From Agathobacter sp. (lineage in GTDB: Bacteria > Bacillota > Clostridia > Lachnospirales > Lachnospiraceae): a stretch of 64,000 bases of DNA. Every line of letters begins with the position of its first letter. Position 1 is the stretch's first letter. Under the pieces are notes generated by a model. The model was given only the letters and a program-made list of their open reading frames with translations, did no database searches and was not told the origin of the DNA. Shown one piece after another: positions 41,851 to 53,586 of the stretch. Made by a program: the position numbers and the translations under genes. The stretch spans positions 9,577-73,576 of the forward strand of contig JAZQQA010000047.1 in the NCBI GenBank assembly GCA_045628825.1. The letters run 5' to 3'.

Positions 41851-42870
41851 TTACTTCTTTCCCTTTCCCTTTTTTTCAGTCACTCGACTTTCTTTTGCCT
41901 TACGACTTTTTTCAATTTTTGCCTCATAATCGTCATAAGCCTGTACAATCTTTTGTACCAAAGGATGTCTTACAACATCTTGACTGGTCAAACGGCAAAT
42001 ACCAATATCATCTATTTTGCCAAGTACGCGAAGCGCTACATCAAGACCAGACACTGCTCCTGGCGCCAAATCTTTTTGTGTTGCATCACCAGTAATATCA
42101 ACCTTTGAACCAAATCCAATACGTGTTAAAAACATTTTCATCTGGGCAGGTGTTGTATTTTGTGCTTGGTCCAAAATAATAAAAGCATTATCCAAGGTTC
42201 TTGCTCGCATATATGCAAGAGGTGCCACCTCAATGAGTCCTTTTTCCATATTCTTCTGAAAGCTTTCTGCTCCCATAATCTGATATAAAGCGTCATAAAG
42301 CGGACGTAAATATGGATCAACCTTCGATTGCAGGTCACCTGGCAAAAAGCCTAACTTCTCTCCTGCTTCAATAGCAGGACGTGTTAAAATAATGCGTCCT
42401 ACTTCTTCATTTTTAAATGCTGTTATGGCCATAGCCATTGCAAGATAGGTTTTACCTGTACCCGCTGGTCCCATGCCAAACACAATCATTTTTTTACGAA
42501 TTGCATCAACATATTCCTTCTGTCCCAGTGTCTTAGGCTTCACTGGCTTTCCCTGAATGGTGTGACAAATAATATCATGATCAATGGAAAGCAAGCTACT
42601 TCCTCTATGTTCGAGCACCATGGCAAGTGCATAATTGATACTTTGTTCTGTGATTTCAGATCCACGTCTTGCCAGTTCCTGTAACTGTGTAAACAAATCA
42701 CAGGCTTCCTCCACAGAAGTCTCCGAACCAATAATCTTAAGCTTGTCATCCCGTACAATTAATGTAACCCCAAGGGTCTTTTCAATCTTCTTCATGTACT
42801 GGTCAAACTGTCCAAAAATCTTGGCCATATATTCATTTGGAATATCCAGTAATCTCTCATTCATACTCAT
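41851..42870 (-). CDS. phoH: PhoH-family ATPase
   Basis: GPAGTGKT, LTRPA, LGFLPGDL, VVRHPLV. Confidence 0.95.
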   Translation of the reverse strand: MSMNERLLDIPNEYMAKIFGQFDQYMKKIEKTLGVTLIVRDDKLKIIGSETSVEEACDLFTQLQELARRGSEITEQSINYALAMVLEHRGSSLLSIDHDIICHTIQGKPVKPKTLGQKEYVDAIRKKMIVFGMGPAGTGKTYLAMAMAITAFKNEEVGRIILTRPAIEAGEKLGFLPGDLQSKVDPYLRPLYDALYQIMGAESFQKNMEKGLIEVAPLAYMRARTLDNAFIILDQAQNTTPAQMKMFLTRIGFGSKVDITGDATQKDLAPGAVSGLDVALRVLGKIDDIGICRLTSQDVVRHPLVQKIVQAYDDYEAKIEKSRKAKESRVTEKKGKGKK

Positions 42871-42907
42871 AAAGTAAAATATACCTTCCTAATTCCACAA
42901 AGTTCTT

Positions 42908-43387
42908 TTATTTATGATAAGGCTCATGGTTCATAATTCGATAAGCCCTATAGATTTGTTCCAACAAAATAACACGCATAAGTTGATGCGGAAATGTCAT
43001 AGGACTAAAGCTCAGCTTAAAATCAGCTCTTTTTAGTACCTCATCTGATAATCCAAGAGAACCACCAATAACAAGATAAATATGACTTGTGCCTGTGACC
43101 CCAAGGCCTTCCAGTTTTTGTGATAATGCAACCGAATCCATCATTTTTCCATCGATAGCAAGACAAATTACATAGCCATCATCTTTTATTTGAGCCAGTA
43201 GTTTTTCCCCTTCTTTTTGCTTTATAAGGGCAATTTCTGTATCTGAGGCCTCTTCCTTGGTCTTTTCATCCGAAACTTCAACAATTTCCAGCTTACAGTA
43301 GCGACTCAGACGTTTTTCAAATTCTGCAATGGCATCTCTATAAAATTTTTCTTTTACTTTTCCAACGCATAATATTGAAATTTTCAT
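42908..43387 (-). CDS. rlmH: 23S rRNA m3-pseudouridine-1915 methyltransferase
   Basis: [32 protein letters not shown]. Confidence 0.97.
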   Translation of the reverse strand: MKISILCVGKVKEKFYRDAIAEFEKRLSRYCKLEIVEVSDEKTKEEASDTEIALIKQKEGEKLLAQIKDDGYVICLAIDGKMMDSVALSQKLEGLGVTGTSHIYLVIGGSLGLSDEVLKRADFKLSFSPMTFPHQLMRVILLEQIYRAYRIMNHEPYHK

Positions 43388-43432
43388 CTATTTTCTATAC
43401 CATAGTAGTCAAATATTCTTGGAGGTCACCTT

Positions 43433-43891
43433 ATGTCAAAGCATCAAAAAAACTTATACGAAGACGTACGTTCAACTGCCTATAGTTTTACCATTGTAGG
43501 AGTTCTTGGTGTCGTTTTCATGCTTCTAATTGATTTAGGAATCATTCCAATCAACATGGCAACCTATATGTTAATTATCATGAACATCGTTATGGGCTTC
43601 CTCTTCCTATTCTTTGTCTGTGTAGGTATCAAATCCTTTTTGGATATGAAAAATGTCAAAGAAACCGAAATCAAGGAAGAAAATATGGAAAGTGAAATCA
43701 CAACTTGGTTCCTCAAGGAGCACAAGGATGAAATGCTCACATTCCAAACGGATGTCACACTTCCAGAAGAAGCCTTTTATCCAAGAGCAGAACATATGAA
43801 AGAAATCTTTGCGAACCAATATCCAGATATGGATCAGGAAGACCTCGATTACTACATTGATCTGCTATATGGAATGATTTTTGAAGAGTAA
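43433..43891 (+). CDS. Hypothetical membrane protein (2 TM)
   Basis: GGAGG RBS, two hydrophobic helices, acidic C-terminal domain. Confidence 0.75.
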   Translation: MSKHQKNLYEDVRSTAYSFTIVGVLGVVFMLLIDLGIIPINMATYMLIIMNIVMGFLFLFFVCVGIKSFLDMKNVKETEIKEENMESEITTWFLKEHKDEMLTFQTDVTLPEEAFYPRAEHMKEIFANQYPDMDQEDLDYYIDLLYGMIFEE

Positions 43892-45007
43892 CTACTCTCC
43901 AACAAATACCTGCTGATAGATGTCGCTGTACTGCTCGGTAATTGGATCAATCACAATAATTGATAATATATTTGAGCCCTGTGGTGCAGCCATCGGTCCA
44001 GTATATAGTTCTGACAAATACGTCGGATCACTTCCATCCCAGGTAAAATGTGCTTCATAGCCTTCTTGAACCTGAATCGTTATCAAATTCTCTTCATTCA
44101 CGATACCATCCTCTGGTGTTACCGTTGGAAGGTCTGGTCTCGGTATCACAATGGAATACTCATTGGTAACCACTGAGCTATAAATTCCCTTATCATTTTT
44201 TACAACTGCCATAATGGTGTAATCACGCATTGAATCCAAGGCAATTGGGCTTTCATAGGTTTTACCATACTTAATTGGATCGGTGCGGTCAGAAGTATAG
44301 TAAATGGTACTTCCTTCTGGAGCTGATAATTCTAGTGAAATATACGTCTCATAATTTCCGCCTGATACATTAAACTTTGGAGGCATAACGACATATCCGT
44401 AGAAAATCGATAACACCTCTTCGTCTGTAATCTTGTCGCATAAAGCCAAGATTGCATCAATATCTCCTCGACTCTCATATATAGCAAGAATCTTCATATA
44501 AGCCTGCACATTATCAGGATCTAAATCTACAATTTCAAGATAGCTTACAAGTGCTCCATCCAAATTGCCCATATCCTCATAACACTGCGCAATGCTCTTT
44601 CGCACTTCAAGATCCTCTGTCTCAATACGAATGGCTTTTTCATAATAAGAAATGGCCTTTTCGTACTGTCCGTTTGATGCTGCCTTATTTCCCTGCTCTA
44701 CCTGATAGGTATAAGAATTCTTGTGATTCATATTCACAATCATAAGAATGACAAGAATAACAAAGCATAGGCCACCCAGAATGATGGCAAGGCACATTTT
44801 GGTTCGATCCATCGAAGACATGGTTTTCTGTGCTTCTTTTGTATCTGTTTGCTGAGAAAATGGATGCTCTAAATCGTCATCGCTTCCTACAAGGGAAGAA
44901 ATGTATTCGTCCTCAAGAACCTGTTCGGCCATAATCTGCACCTCTTTGCCACAGTTGGTACAAAACAGCTTATCTTCCATTTCCTCGCCACAGTAAAAAC
45001 ATTTCAT
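43892..45007 (-). CDS. Zn-ribbon/TM/TPR/Fn3-like (chitobiase C-terminal type) protein
   Basis: CxxCG...FCxxCG, TM helix, TPR-like A..YY.KAI repeats, IYYT.D.TDP and FTWDGSDP repeats. Confidence 0.78.
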   Translation of the reverse strand: MKCFYCGEEMEDKLFCTNCGKEVQIMAEQVLEDEYISSLVGSDDDLEHPFSQQTDTKEAQKTMSSMDRTKMCLAIILGGLCFVILVILMIVNMNHKNSYTYQVEQGNKAASNGQYEKAISYYEKAIRIETEDLEVRKSIAQCYEDMGNLDGALVSYLEIVDLDPDNVQAYMKILAIYESRGDIDAILALCDKITDEEVLSIFYGYVVMPPKFNVSGGNYETYISLELSAPEGSTIYYTSDRTDPIKYGKTYESPIALDSMRDYTIMAVVKNDKGIYSSVVTNEYSIVIPRPDLPTVTPEDGIVNEENLITIQVQEGYEAHFTWDGSDPTYLSELYTGPMAAPQGSNILSIIVIDPITEQYSDIYQQVFVGE

Positions 45008-45025
45008 AACCTTCCTCCAAAGAGA

Positions 45026-45871
45026 TTAAGAATACTGCTTCATTGCTTCTACACAATTCTTCATGAGCATAGCAATGGTCATAGGTCCTACTCCACCTGG
45101 AACTGGAGTAATTTTTGATGCAAGCGGTTCCACCTCATCATACTTTACATCACCGCAAAGCTTGTTGTTCTCGTCTCTATGAATGCCAACGTCAATAACA
45201 ACAGCTCCTTCTTTGACATAATCTGCAGTAATAAATTGTGGTTTTCCAATTGCAACAATCAAAATATCTGCTTCCTTACATACAGAAGGTAAATCCTTTG
45301 TCTTTGAATGGCAAATCGTAACGGTTGCATTTTCACGCAGCATCAAAAGCGCCATCGGTTTTCCAACGATATTGCTTCGTCCAATTACAACACACTTCTT
45401 GCCAGTTGCATCTACCCCACTACGGTGTAAAAGTTCAATAATTCCTGCAGGTGTACAAGACACAAATCCTGGACCTCCAGTTACCAGCGCGCCTACATTC
45501 TGTGTATGGAATCCATCCACATCCTTTGTTGGAGCAATTGCCTGAGTAACCTTCTCTTCGTCCATATGCTTTGGAAGCGGAAGCTGACATAAAATGCCAT
45601 GCACCGCTGTATCCTTGTTCAAGCGATCAATCAAAGCAAGCAGCTCTTCTTCGGTGGTCTCCTCTGGAAGTTCATAAGACTGTGATTCAATGCCAATATA
45701 AGCACATGCTTTTTTCTTATTGCCAACATAAACAGAACTAGCAGGATCATTTCCCACCTGAATCACTGCAAGACAGCAATTCTTTCCCTGTGCCTTCAGC
45801 TTTGCAACTTCCGCGCGAAGTTCGTCTTTAAGTGCCTGTGATATCTCTTTTCCACTAATAATCTCAGCCAT
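45026..45871 (-). CDS. folD: Methylene-THF dehydrogenase/cyclohydrolase
   Basis: Y..NK.K, QLPLP, KDVDGF, GRSNIVGKP, TPVPGGVGPMT. Confidence 0.97.
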   Translation of the reverse strand: MAEIISGKEISQALKDELRAEVAKLKAQGKNCCLAVIQVGNDPASSVYVGNKKKACAYIGIESQSYELPEETTEEELLALIDRLNKDTAVHGILCQLPLPKHMDEEKVTQAIAPTKDVDGFHTQNVGALVTGGPGFVSCTPAGIIELLHRSGVDATGKKCVVIGRSNIVGKPMALLMLRENATVTICHSKTKDLPSVCKEADILIVAIGKPQFITADYVKEGAVVIDVGIHRDENNKLCGDVKYDEVEPLASKITPVPGGVGPMTIAMLMKNCVEAMKQYS

Positions 45872-45880
45872 GTCTACTCC

Positions 45881-47551
45881 TTAGAATAATCCGGTAATCA
45901 CACCATCATCATTTACGTCAATGTTAAATGCAGCTGGAGCCTTTGGTAGTCCAGGCATTGTCATAATAGAACCATTAATTGCTACCACAAATCCTGCACC
46001 AGCAGATACGTATACTTCGCGGACATTCATGGTAAAGCCCTCTGGACGACCAAGCTTCTTTGGATCATCCGAAAGGGAATACTGGGTTTTTGCCATACAT
46101 ACTGGGAAATGACCCATTCCAAGATCTGTAATACGTGCAAGTTCTCTTTCTGCAGCTGGCGAATAGGTAACCTCTGCAGCACCATAGATTTCTCTTGCAA
46201 CGGTTTCAATTTTCTCCTTTAAGCTAAGCTCATCCTTATAGATTGGTGCAAAATTACTGGTCTTTGTCTCTAAAGTCTCAAGCACCTTCTCTGCTAAGGC
46301 AATTCCACCTTCGCCACCCTTTTCCCATACTTCTGAAAGAGCAAATTCGCAACCACGCTCCTTACAGAACTGTTCAACGAAATCCGTCTCAGCCTTTGTA
46401 TCTGTAACAAAAGAGTTTAAGGTTACAACAACAGGAACACCATACTTCTGAAGGTTTTCAATGTGTTTTTCAAGGTTCACAATACCCTTCTTAAGTGCAT
46501 CTAAATTCTCAGCTGACAACTGATCCTTTGGAATTCCTCCATTGTACTTAAGCGCACGAATGGTTGCTACAAGTACTACTGCATCTGGATTAAGACCTGC
46601 CTTGCGGCACTTAATATCAAAGAACTTTTCTGCACCAAGGTCAGCACCAAATCCAGCTTCTGTAATAACATAGTCTGCAATTTTAAGAGCCGTCTTAGTT
46701 GCACGAACGGAATTACAACCATGTGCAATATTGGCAAATGGACCACCATGTACAATTGCTGGTGTATGCTCTAAGGTCTGAATTAAGTTTGGCTTTAAGG
46801 CATCCTTAAGAAGTGCTGCCATAGAACCCGTTGCCTGAAGGTCTTCAGCAGTCACTGGCTTTCCGTCAAAAGTATAGGCAACAATGATACTTCCAAGGCG
46901 CTTCTTTAAGTCATTCATATCATCTGCAAGACAAAGAATTGCCATGATTTCAGAAGCAACAGTAATTACGAAATGATCTTCTCTTACCATTCCATCCGCT
47001 TTTGCACCAAGGCCTACTACAACGTTACGAAGTACGCGGTCATTCATATCAAGACAACGCTTCCATACAACCTGTCTAGGATCAATACCAAGGCTGTTTC
47101 CCTGCTGAATATGATTATCAAGAAGAGCCGCAAGCAAATTGTTGGCAGAAGTAATTGCATGGAAATCTCCAGTAAAGTGAAGATTCAGGTCTTCCATAGG
47201 AACAACCTGTGCATATCCACCACCTGCAGCACCACCCTTTACACCAAAACATGGTCCTAAGGAAGGCTCACGAAGAGCAATGACTGCTTTTTTTCCAAGC
47301 TTACCAAAGGCTTGACCAAGGCCAACGCTTGTTGTGGTTTTTCCTTCTCCAGCTGGAGTAGGATTAATTGCAGTTACAAGGATTAATTTTCCATCAGGAT
47401 TATCCTTTACACGGTCAATCAGTTCATCCGAAAGCTTTGCCTTATACTTTCCATATAACTCCAAATCGTCTTCTTCAATTCCGATAGACTTTGCAACCTC
47501 TTTGATTGGAAACATTACCGCTTCCTGTGCAATTTCAATATCACTCTTCAT
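45881..47551 (-). CDS. fhs: Formate-tetrahydrofolate ligase
   Basis: [36 protein letters not shown]. Confidence 0.98.
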   Translation of the reverse strand: MKSDIEIAQEAVMFPIKEVAKSIGIEEDDLELYGKYKAKLSDELIDRVKDNPDGKLILVTAINPTPAGEGKTTTSVGLGQAFGKLGKKAVIALREPSLGPCFGVKGGAAGGGYAQVVPMEDLNLHFTGDFHAITSANNLLAALLDNHIQQGNSLGIDPRQVVWKRCLDMNDRVLRNVVVGLGAKADGMVREDHFVITVASEIMAILCLADDMNDLKKRLGSIIVAYTFDGKPVTAEDLQATGSMAALLKDALKPNLIQTLEHTPAIVHGGPFANIAHGCNSVRATKTALKIADYVITEAGFGADLGAEKFFDIKCRKAGLNPDAVVLVATIRALKYNGGIPKDQLSAENLDALKKGIVNLEKHIENLQKYGVPVVVTLNSFVTDTKAETDFVEQFCKERGCEFALSEVWEKGGEGGIALAEKVLETLETKTSNFAPIYKDELSLKEKIETVAREIYGAAEVTYSPAAERELARITDLGMGHFPVCMAKTQYSLSDDPKKLGRPEGFTMNVREVYVSAGAGFVVAINGSIMTMPGLPKAPAAFNIDVNDDGVITGLF

Positions 47552-47564
47552 ACTCACGATCCTC

Positions 47565-50144
47565 CTAACCATTTTCCTCTAAGTAATTTTCCAAATCTGT
47601 AGCGCTCATGCGAACCTCTCTTGGTTTCGTACCAACTTCAGGTCCCACAACGCCTGCTTCTTCAAGCTGATCCATAATTCTTGCAGCTCGATTAAATCCA
47701 ATTTTTAGATAACGCTGAAGCATACCAATGGATGCTTTATCTTTATCCACAATGAGACGCGCAGCTTCAACAAAGAAGGAATCCCTTCCGTCAGCCCCAT
47801 CGTCTGCACTTGAAATGGATACGGTAGTGTTGGATGAGCTTGCTGCATTTGCGACAGATTCCTGAATCCGCTCATCATACTGTGTATTGCCGTTGTTTTG
47901 AATGATATATTTTACAACCTCGTGCACCTCATCATCGGATACAAAAGCTCCCTGCACACGAAGTGGCTTTGAAAGGCCCTGTGGGAAATAAAGCATATCT
48001 CCCTTTCCAAGCAAGTCTTCTGCACCATTCATATCAAGAATGGTTCTTGAATCTGTACCTGAAGATACTGCAAAAGAAATACGGCTTGGCATATTAGCCT
48101 TAATAAGACCTGTAATAACATCAACTGAAGGTCTTTGTGTTGCAAGAATCAGATGAATTCCACATGCTCTTGCGAGCTGTGCAATACGACAAATGGATTC
48201 CTCCACTTCTTTTCCTGCAACCATCATAAGATCCGCCATCTCATCCACGATAATCACAATTTGAGGAAGCTTTTCAGCATCCTTTTGCTCTTGTGGAATG
48301 GTCATCTTATCGATTTTTTCATTGTATCCAGCCAAATCTCTTACGCCACACTCAGCAAAGGTTTCGAAACGTCTTGTCATCTCAGCAACTGCCCAGTTTA
48401 ATGCACCTGCCGCCTTCTTCGGGTCCGTTACAACCGGAAGTAAAAGATGTGGAATTCCATTATAGACAGAAAGTTCAACCACCTTTGGGTCAATCATCAA
48501 AAGCTTTACATCCTTTGGATCTGCCTTATAAAGAATACTCATAACAATGGTATTGATACATACGGACTTACCAGAACCAGTTGCACCTGCAATCAAAACA
48601 TGAGGCATTTTTGCAATATCGCCAACAATCACATTGCCTGCTATATCAAGTCCAGCACCGAAGCAAATCTTGGATTTATGATTCTTGAATTCATTTGATT
48701 CCATCAAATTACGGAAAGAAACCATAACGGTTTCAGAATTTGGAAGTTCGATTCCGACATAGCTGGTTCCAGGAACTGGAGCCTCGATACGCACATCTGT
48801 CGCTGCAAGATTCAGTCTAATATCATCCTTAAGACCAAGAATCTTACTAACTTTAGTTCCCATCTCAGGCTGCAATTCATAACGAGTAACAGATGGACCA
48901 CAGGAAATATTGATAACCTTTGCATGCACACCAAAGGTTGCAAGGGTTGACTCCAATCGCTCTGCCATATTCTGCAAATCCTTCTGCGAATTAACTCCTT
49001 TATTTCCAGTTGCCTTTTTCAAGAGTTCAATTCTAGGGAAAACATATTTTTTAATTGGCTTTTGTGCTTCAATCTCAGCAGACACCTGTGCCGCAGTCTG
49101 TGCCTTTTCCTCTGCCGTAGGCTTATGTACGGGCTCTGGCTTTGCAACAGGAATTGGATCTACGGAAGCAGGAACTGGAGGCATAGCATTTTCTGGCTTG
49201 AACTCCAACGGAGCTGGTGCAGGGGAAGGCTCCAAAGAAACCATACCGGAAATCTTTGGACCAGATGACTCTACTCCTGCAGTAAGCGGAATATTTGTTT
49301 CTGCTGTAACAGAAGGCTCTCCAGGAATATGATCCGGTCTTAATTCCCTCAGATTGTCTGTCATGCCTTTCTTTGACTCACCAACCGTCAAATCCACAGC
49401 AACACCAGATACTTTCTTTTCCTTACGCTTCTCTTTTTTCTCCTCTTTCCGTTCTTCTCGCTCTTTTTTCTCTTCCTCGTACTTCTCTGCCATTTCTTCT
49501 CTTGTAGCACGTACCGAAGTTGCAAGCTTCTCACTACCATGCTTGACAGAAGACGCTGTCTTTACTCCGCCCTTACCAACAAAGCGAACAAAGGATTTTT
49601 CAAAAATAATCACAAGACAAATTAGGATTACAACAATTGCAATAATGTAAGCTCCAACCTTACCAAAAGCGTTCACAAAGATCTGATATAAAAGTCCTCC
49701 AACAAAACCGCCGCCATTATGGCCTTCACTTGCATCCCTGTAGGCCTTTATTGCATTTAATCCTGTATATCCAGAAATCAATGATGCAATAAAACTGATA
49801 TTGTGGAAAATAAATACACTTGCAACTGTCTTTACAATCGCAATACGATCATCAATGTATAAAAACAAATATAAGGTTGCCACCAAAAGAAGGATAGGGA
49901 AGACATAAGCCATAACGCCATATAGTCCAAACATAACCGAACTTAGCACGGCTCCAACCTTACCAGCGATGCCAAAATTGCTAATAAACAATAAAATTGA
50001 AACAGCAGCAAATGGAATCAAAATCAGATCCATGCGAACCTGTTCTTTGAATTCCTGTTCCTTCTTACGCTTCTTGGCAGCTGCACTTCTTGCAGAAGAA
50101 CTTGATGATTTTTTTCTAGTACTAGTACTCTTCTTTGTAGCCAA
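47565..50144 (-). CDS. ftsK: FtsK/SpoIIIE DNA translocase
   Basis: N-terminal TMs, [22 protein letters not shown], gamma domain LQR...IGFNRAARI. Confidence 0.96.
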   Translation of the reverse strand: MATKKSTSTRKKSSSSSARSAAAKKRKKEQEFKEQVRMDLILIPFAAVSILLFISNFGIAGKVGAVLSSVMFGLYGVMAYVFPILLLVATLYLFLYIDDRIAIVKTVASVFIFHNISFIASLISGYTGLNAIKAYRDASEGHNGGGFVGGLLYQIFVNAFGKVGAYIIAIVVILICLVIIFEKSFVRFVGKGGVKTASSVKHGSEKLATSVRATREEMAEKYEEEKKEREERKEEKKEKRKEKKVSGVAVDLTVGESKKGMTDNLRELRPDHIPGEPSVTAETNIPLTAGVESSGPKISGMVSLEPSPAPAPLEFKPENAMPPVPASVDPIPVAKPEPVHKPTAEEKAQTAAQVSAEIEAQKPIKKYVFPRIELLKKATGNKGVNSQKDLQNMAERLESTLATFGVHAKVINISCGPSVTRYELQPEMGTKVSKILGLKDDIRLNLAATDVRIEAPVPGTSYVGIELPNSETVMVSFRNLMESNEFKNHKSKICFGAGLDIAGNVIVGDIAKMPHVLIAGATGSGKSVCINTIVMSILYKADPKDVKLLMIDPKVVELSVYNGIPHLLLPVVTDPKKAAGALNWAVAEMTRRFETFAECGVRDLAGYNEKIDKMTIPQEQKDAEKLPQIVIIVDEMADLMMVAGKEVEESICRIAQLARACGIHLILATQRPSVDVITGLIKANMPSRISFAVSSGTDSRTILDMNGAEDLLGKGDMLYFPQGLSKPLRVQGAFVSDDEVHEVVKYIIQNNGNTQYDERIQESVANAASSSNTTVSISSADDGADGRDSFFVEAARLIVDKDKASIGMLQRYLKIGFNRAARIMDQLEEAGVVGPEVGTKPREVRMSATDLENYLEENG

Positions 50145-50271
50145 AATTTGTACACTCCAAACCCATTTTAAAATTAATTATACAATCCATATCATAGTAC
50201 CATATTTCGTGGTTTTTGTCATTGGTTTTATAAGCAAAATACAAGATTTAGATGCTTTTTCTTATAACAGA

Positions 50272-50297
50272 AAATAAGGATGTCCAATTGGACATCC
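50272..50297 (-). terminator. Terminator after glgA
   Basis: Perfect 20-bp palindrome GGATGTCCAATTGGACATCC, then TTATTTT on the minus strand. Confidence 0.7.
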
Positions 50298-50317
50298 GTA
50301 CCTGTAAACAAATCCGA

Positions 50318-51772
50318 TTATACTTCACCAAGAAGGTAATTATATAGACCTTCATAGCGGAATTTTGATGAATTCCAAGAGAAATCCTTGGCCATGCCAC
50401 GATCAATCATCTGATTCCACTGACGCTTTCTATCATAGTAGACATGCTTAGAATAATTGATGATATGAAGCATTTCATCTGCATTGTAATTTGAGAACGA
50501 GAAACCATCACCTGTATTCTCATATTCGTTAAATGGAATGACGGTATCCTTAAGTCCACCCGTTTCTCTTACAATTGGAACAGTTCCATATCGGAACGAA
50601 ATGAGCTGTGTAAGTCCACAAGGCTCAAATAAAGATGGCATAAGGAATGCATCCGCAGCTGCATAAAGCTTATGTGCCAATTCATCCGAATAACAAATAT
50701 TGGCAGAAACACGATCTGGATACTTCCAAGCAAAATGACGGAACATATTCTCATATCTTCCCTCACCTGTACCAATAACAACCAGCTGGGTGTAATCATC
50801 CACAATGCCATCCATAACAGCATCAATGAGATCCAGTCCCTTCTGATCGGTAAGTCTTGAAATGAGACCAATCATGTACTTCTTTTTGTCTACTGCAAGA
50901 CCAAGCTCAGCCTGTAAACGCTCCTTATTCATAGCCTTCTTACGACGGAAGCTTTCAGCATCATAATTCACATAAATCTTCTCGTCTGTCGCTGGATTAT
51001 AAGCGGTATAGTCAATACCATTCACAATACCCTGCATATCGAAATGACGTGCAGAAAGAAGGCCATTGAGTCCCTCACCATAGAAATCCGTCTGAATCTC
51101 ATTGGCATAGGTATCACTTACGGTTGTAATATAATCTGCGTACACAAGGCCGCCCTTGAGCATATTCGCATCCTTCTTAAACTCAAGCTTATCTGGGGTG
51201 AACAAATCACTCGAGAAGCCAGTGAGGCCCTGCATTGTTTTTACATCCCAAATACCCTGGAACTTTAAGTTATGAATGGTAATGATAGACTTTATTCCCC
51301 AATAAAAACTATCTGCCGAAAACTCATTCTTAAGATAAACAGGAATAAGACCAACCTCCCAGTCATGACAATGAATGATGTCTGGACGGAAATCTACATG
51401 CTTAAGCATAGAAAGCACTGCCTTGTCAAAGAAAACGAATTTCTCAATATCAAAGCGAATGTCTCCATATGGCGTACTAGTATTAAAGTAGTCCTGATTA
51501 TCAATAAAATAATACGTAATGCCATCCATTTTGTACTGTAATACGCCGACATACTTACCACGGATGTATGGGCCGCAATCCATCCAGAAATGCGAAACAT
51601 ATTCAAACTGATTTCTATACTTTTCTGGAATACAGCTGTAGTTTGGAATAACAACTCGTACATCCCAATATTCCTTGTCAAACTCCTTTGGCAAAGCACC
51701 ACATACGTCTGCAAGACCACCTGTCTTAATAAATGGAACACATTCTGAAGCAGCAAATAGAATCTTCTTCAT
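50318..51772 (-). CDS. glgA: Glycogen synthase
   Basis: KTGGLADV, HCHDW, TIHNL, FEPCGLTQ. Confidence 0.96.
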   Translation of the reverse strand: MKKILFAASECVPFIKTGGLADVCGALPKEFDKEYWDVRVVIPNYSCIPEKYRNQFEYVSHFWMDCGPYIRGKYVGVLQYKMDGITYYFIDNQDYFNTSTPYGDIRFDIEKFVFFDKAVLSMLKHVDFRPDIIHCHDWEVGLIPVYLKNEFSADSFYWGIKSIITIHNLKFQGIWDVKTMQGLTGFSSDLFTPDKLEFKKDANMLKGGLVYADYITTVSDTYANEIQTDFYGEGLNGLLSARHFDMQGIVNGIDYTAYNPATDEKIYVNYDAESFRRKKAMNKERLQAELGLAVDKKKYMIGLISRLTDQKGLDLIDAVMDGIVDDYTQLVVIGTGEGRYENMFRHFAWKYPDRVSANICYSDELAHKLYAAADAFLMPSLFEPCGLTQLISFRYGTVPIVRETGGLKDTVIPFNEYENTGDGFSFSNYNADEMLHIINYSKHVYYDRKRQWNQMIDRGMAKDFSWNSSKFRYEGLYNYLLGEV

Positions 51773-51796
51773 ACATTTTACCCCCATATATAATTA

Positions 51797-51816
51797 CCCC
51801 TGCATGATTGCAGGGG
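51797..51816 (-). terminator. Hairpin after yebC
   Basis: CCCCTGCA-TGAT-TGCAGGGG; U tract is weak. Confidence 0.5.
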
Positions 51817-51829
51817 CATACTATTCCCA

Positions 51830-52558
51830 TTACTCGTCCCAGTTATGATAAACTTCCTGAACATCATCATCTTCATCAAGAAGATCAAGAATTCTTTGAA
51901 TGTTAACAATATCTGTATCGTCAGTAAGAGTTACATAATTCTGTGGAATCATAGTTACTTCAGCAGAAACAGTTGTGATTCCAGCTTCTGAAACAGCCTT
52001 ATCTACCGCTTCAAAATCTGCAGGCGCACAAATAATCTCAAAGCTATCCTCTTCTTCGATTAAATCTTCAGCACCAGCATCAATCACAAGCATCATAAGG
52101 TCATCTGCATCCATATCGCAGTCTTCCTTATCGATGATAATCTGTCCCTTTTCATCGAACATGTAAGATACACAACCCTGTGTACCAATACTTCCATGTC
52201 CCTTTGTAAAACAGTTACGTACATTTGCAGCAGTACGATTCTTGTTATCTGTTAAACACTTTACAATAATCGCAGTACCAGATGGACCATAACCTTCGTA
52301 GGTACAGGTCTCGTAGTTAACAGCTCCAGCCTCACCAGAAGCTTTCTTAATTCCACGCTCAATGGTATCGTTTGGTACGTTGTTTGCCTTTGCCTTTGCA
52401 ATTACCTGAGCAAGTTTAAAATTGTTGGAAGGATCTGGACCACCCTCCTTAACAGCTACAGCAATTTCTCTACCAATCATAGTAAAGATTTTACCCTTAG
52501 CCGCGTCATTCTTTTCTTTCTTATGCTTGATATTCGCAAATTTCGAATGTCCTGACAT
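51830..52558 (-). CDS. yebC: YebC/PmpR family protein
   Basis: MSGHSKFANIKHKK, YEGYGP, TDN.NRT, DDDVQ.VYHN. Confidence 0.96.
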   Translation of the reverse strand: MSGHSKFANIKHKKEKNDAAKGKIFTMIGREIAVAVKEGGPDPSNNFKLAQVIAKAKANNVPNDTIERGIKKASGEAGAVNYETCTYEGYGPSGTAIIVKCLTDNKNRTAANVRNCFTKGHGSIGTQGCVSYMFDEKGQIIIDKEDCDMDADDLMMLVIDAGAEDLIEEEDSFEIICAPADFEAVDKAVSEAGITTVSAEVTMIPQNYVTLTDDTDIVNIQRILDLLDEDDDVQEVYHNWDE

Positions 52559-52602
52559 AAATGTAACCTCTTTTCTAAATATTATAATATAAATTTATTC
52601 TA

Positions 52603-53496
52603 TCATTCTTTATCCGCTTTCGCAAGGGAGTCCACCTTCGTATCAAGAACCGTAATCGTAACATTTCCGATTCGATTTCCCTCAACTTCACAGATATCGA
52701 AGCAATAGCCATAAGCATTCAGTCTTGGATGTTCGCCCTCTGATGGCACTTTTCCGAGTAAGGAAATTAAAAATCCATTAAAGGTTTCAAAGGCATCCTC
52801 TTCCAGTGGTAAATGAAGTTCCTCCACCACGTCCTCAAATCTTGTTAATCCATCCAGCACTAAGGAGCCGTCTGATTCTTTTTGAATCACTTCTTCCTCC
52901 TCATCATGCTCATCCTGAATATTACCAACGATTTCTTCCAGAATATCCTCCATGGCAACAATTCCAGAGTTCTGGCCATACTCATCTACCACTACAACCA
53001 TATGGCTCTTTTCCTGTTGCATCTGACGGAACAAAAGATCAAGCCCCATGGTCTCAGGGACAAATTCTACTTCGCGAATGAGACCTGGAATATCCTTGAT
53101 AGAAGAACGGAATACTTCATTGCTCTGACAAAAAGCAAACGCATCTTTGATATGCAAAATACCAATGATATGATCAATATCTTCAAGATACACAGGATAA
53201 CGGCTTCTACCATTTTTCACAATGACTCCAACCGCATCAAAGTATGACATGGTACCATCCAAAGCAATCACATTGCTTCTGTGCACCATAATATCCTTCG
53301 CTTCCTTGTCGCCGTACTCAAAAATATTCTGAATCATCTCAGCTTCCATCGCTTCAAGGACACCCATTTCCTGGCCTTCATTCACCAAAGAAATAATCTC
53401 TTCCTCTGAATAGTCCTCTGCACTTTTTCCGCCGAATAACTTCTTCCAAGCACTTATAAATCCCGACTTTGTCTTGGGATTACCACTATCGTCCAT
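52603..53496 (-). CDS. CBS-CorC domain protein (hemolysin/HlyC-CorC family, no N-terminal TM domain)
   Basis: SRYPVY, VVDEYG..SG, EDILEEIVG.I.DE.D, ETFNG; AAGGAG RBS before ATG 53496. Confidence 0.87.
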   Translation of the reverse strand: MDDSGNPKTKSGFISAWKKLFGGKSAEDYSEEEIISLVNEGQEMGVLEAMEAEMIQNIFEYGDKEAKDIMVHRSNVIALDGTMSYFDAVGVIVKNGRSRYPVYLEDIDHIIGILHIKDAFAFCQSNEVFRSSIKDIPGLIREVEFVPETMGLDLLFRQMQQEKSHMVVVVDEYGQNSGIVAMEDILEEIVGNIQDEHDEEEEVIQKESDGSLVLDGLTRFEDVVEELHLPLEEDAFETFNGFLISLLGKVPSEGEHPRLNAYGYCFDICEVEGNRIGNVTITVLDTKVDSLAKADKE

Positions 53497-53532
53497 CTCT
53501 TTCTCCTTCAAAAATCATCGTGTTAAAATCAC

Positions 53533-53568
53533 AAAAACACCCATAAATACTAACATCTATGGGTGTTT
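53533..53568 (-). terminator. Terminator after nnr
   Basis: AAACACCCATA/TATGGGTGTTT stem. Confidence 0.65.
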
Positions 53569-53586
53569 CCGTCAAGTTTTAGACCA

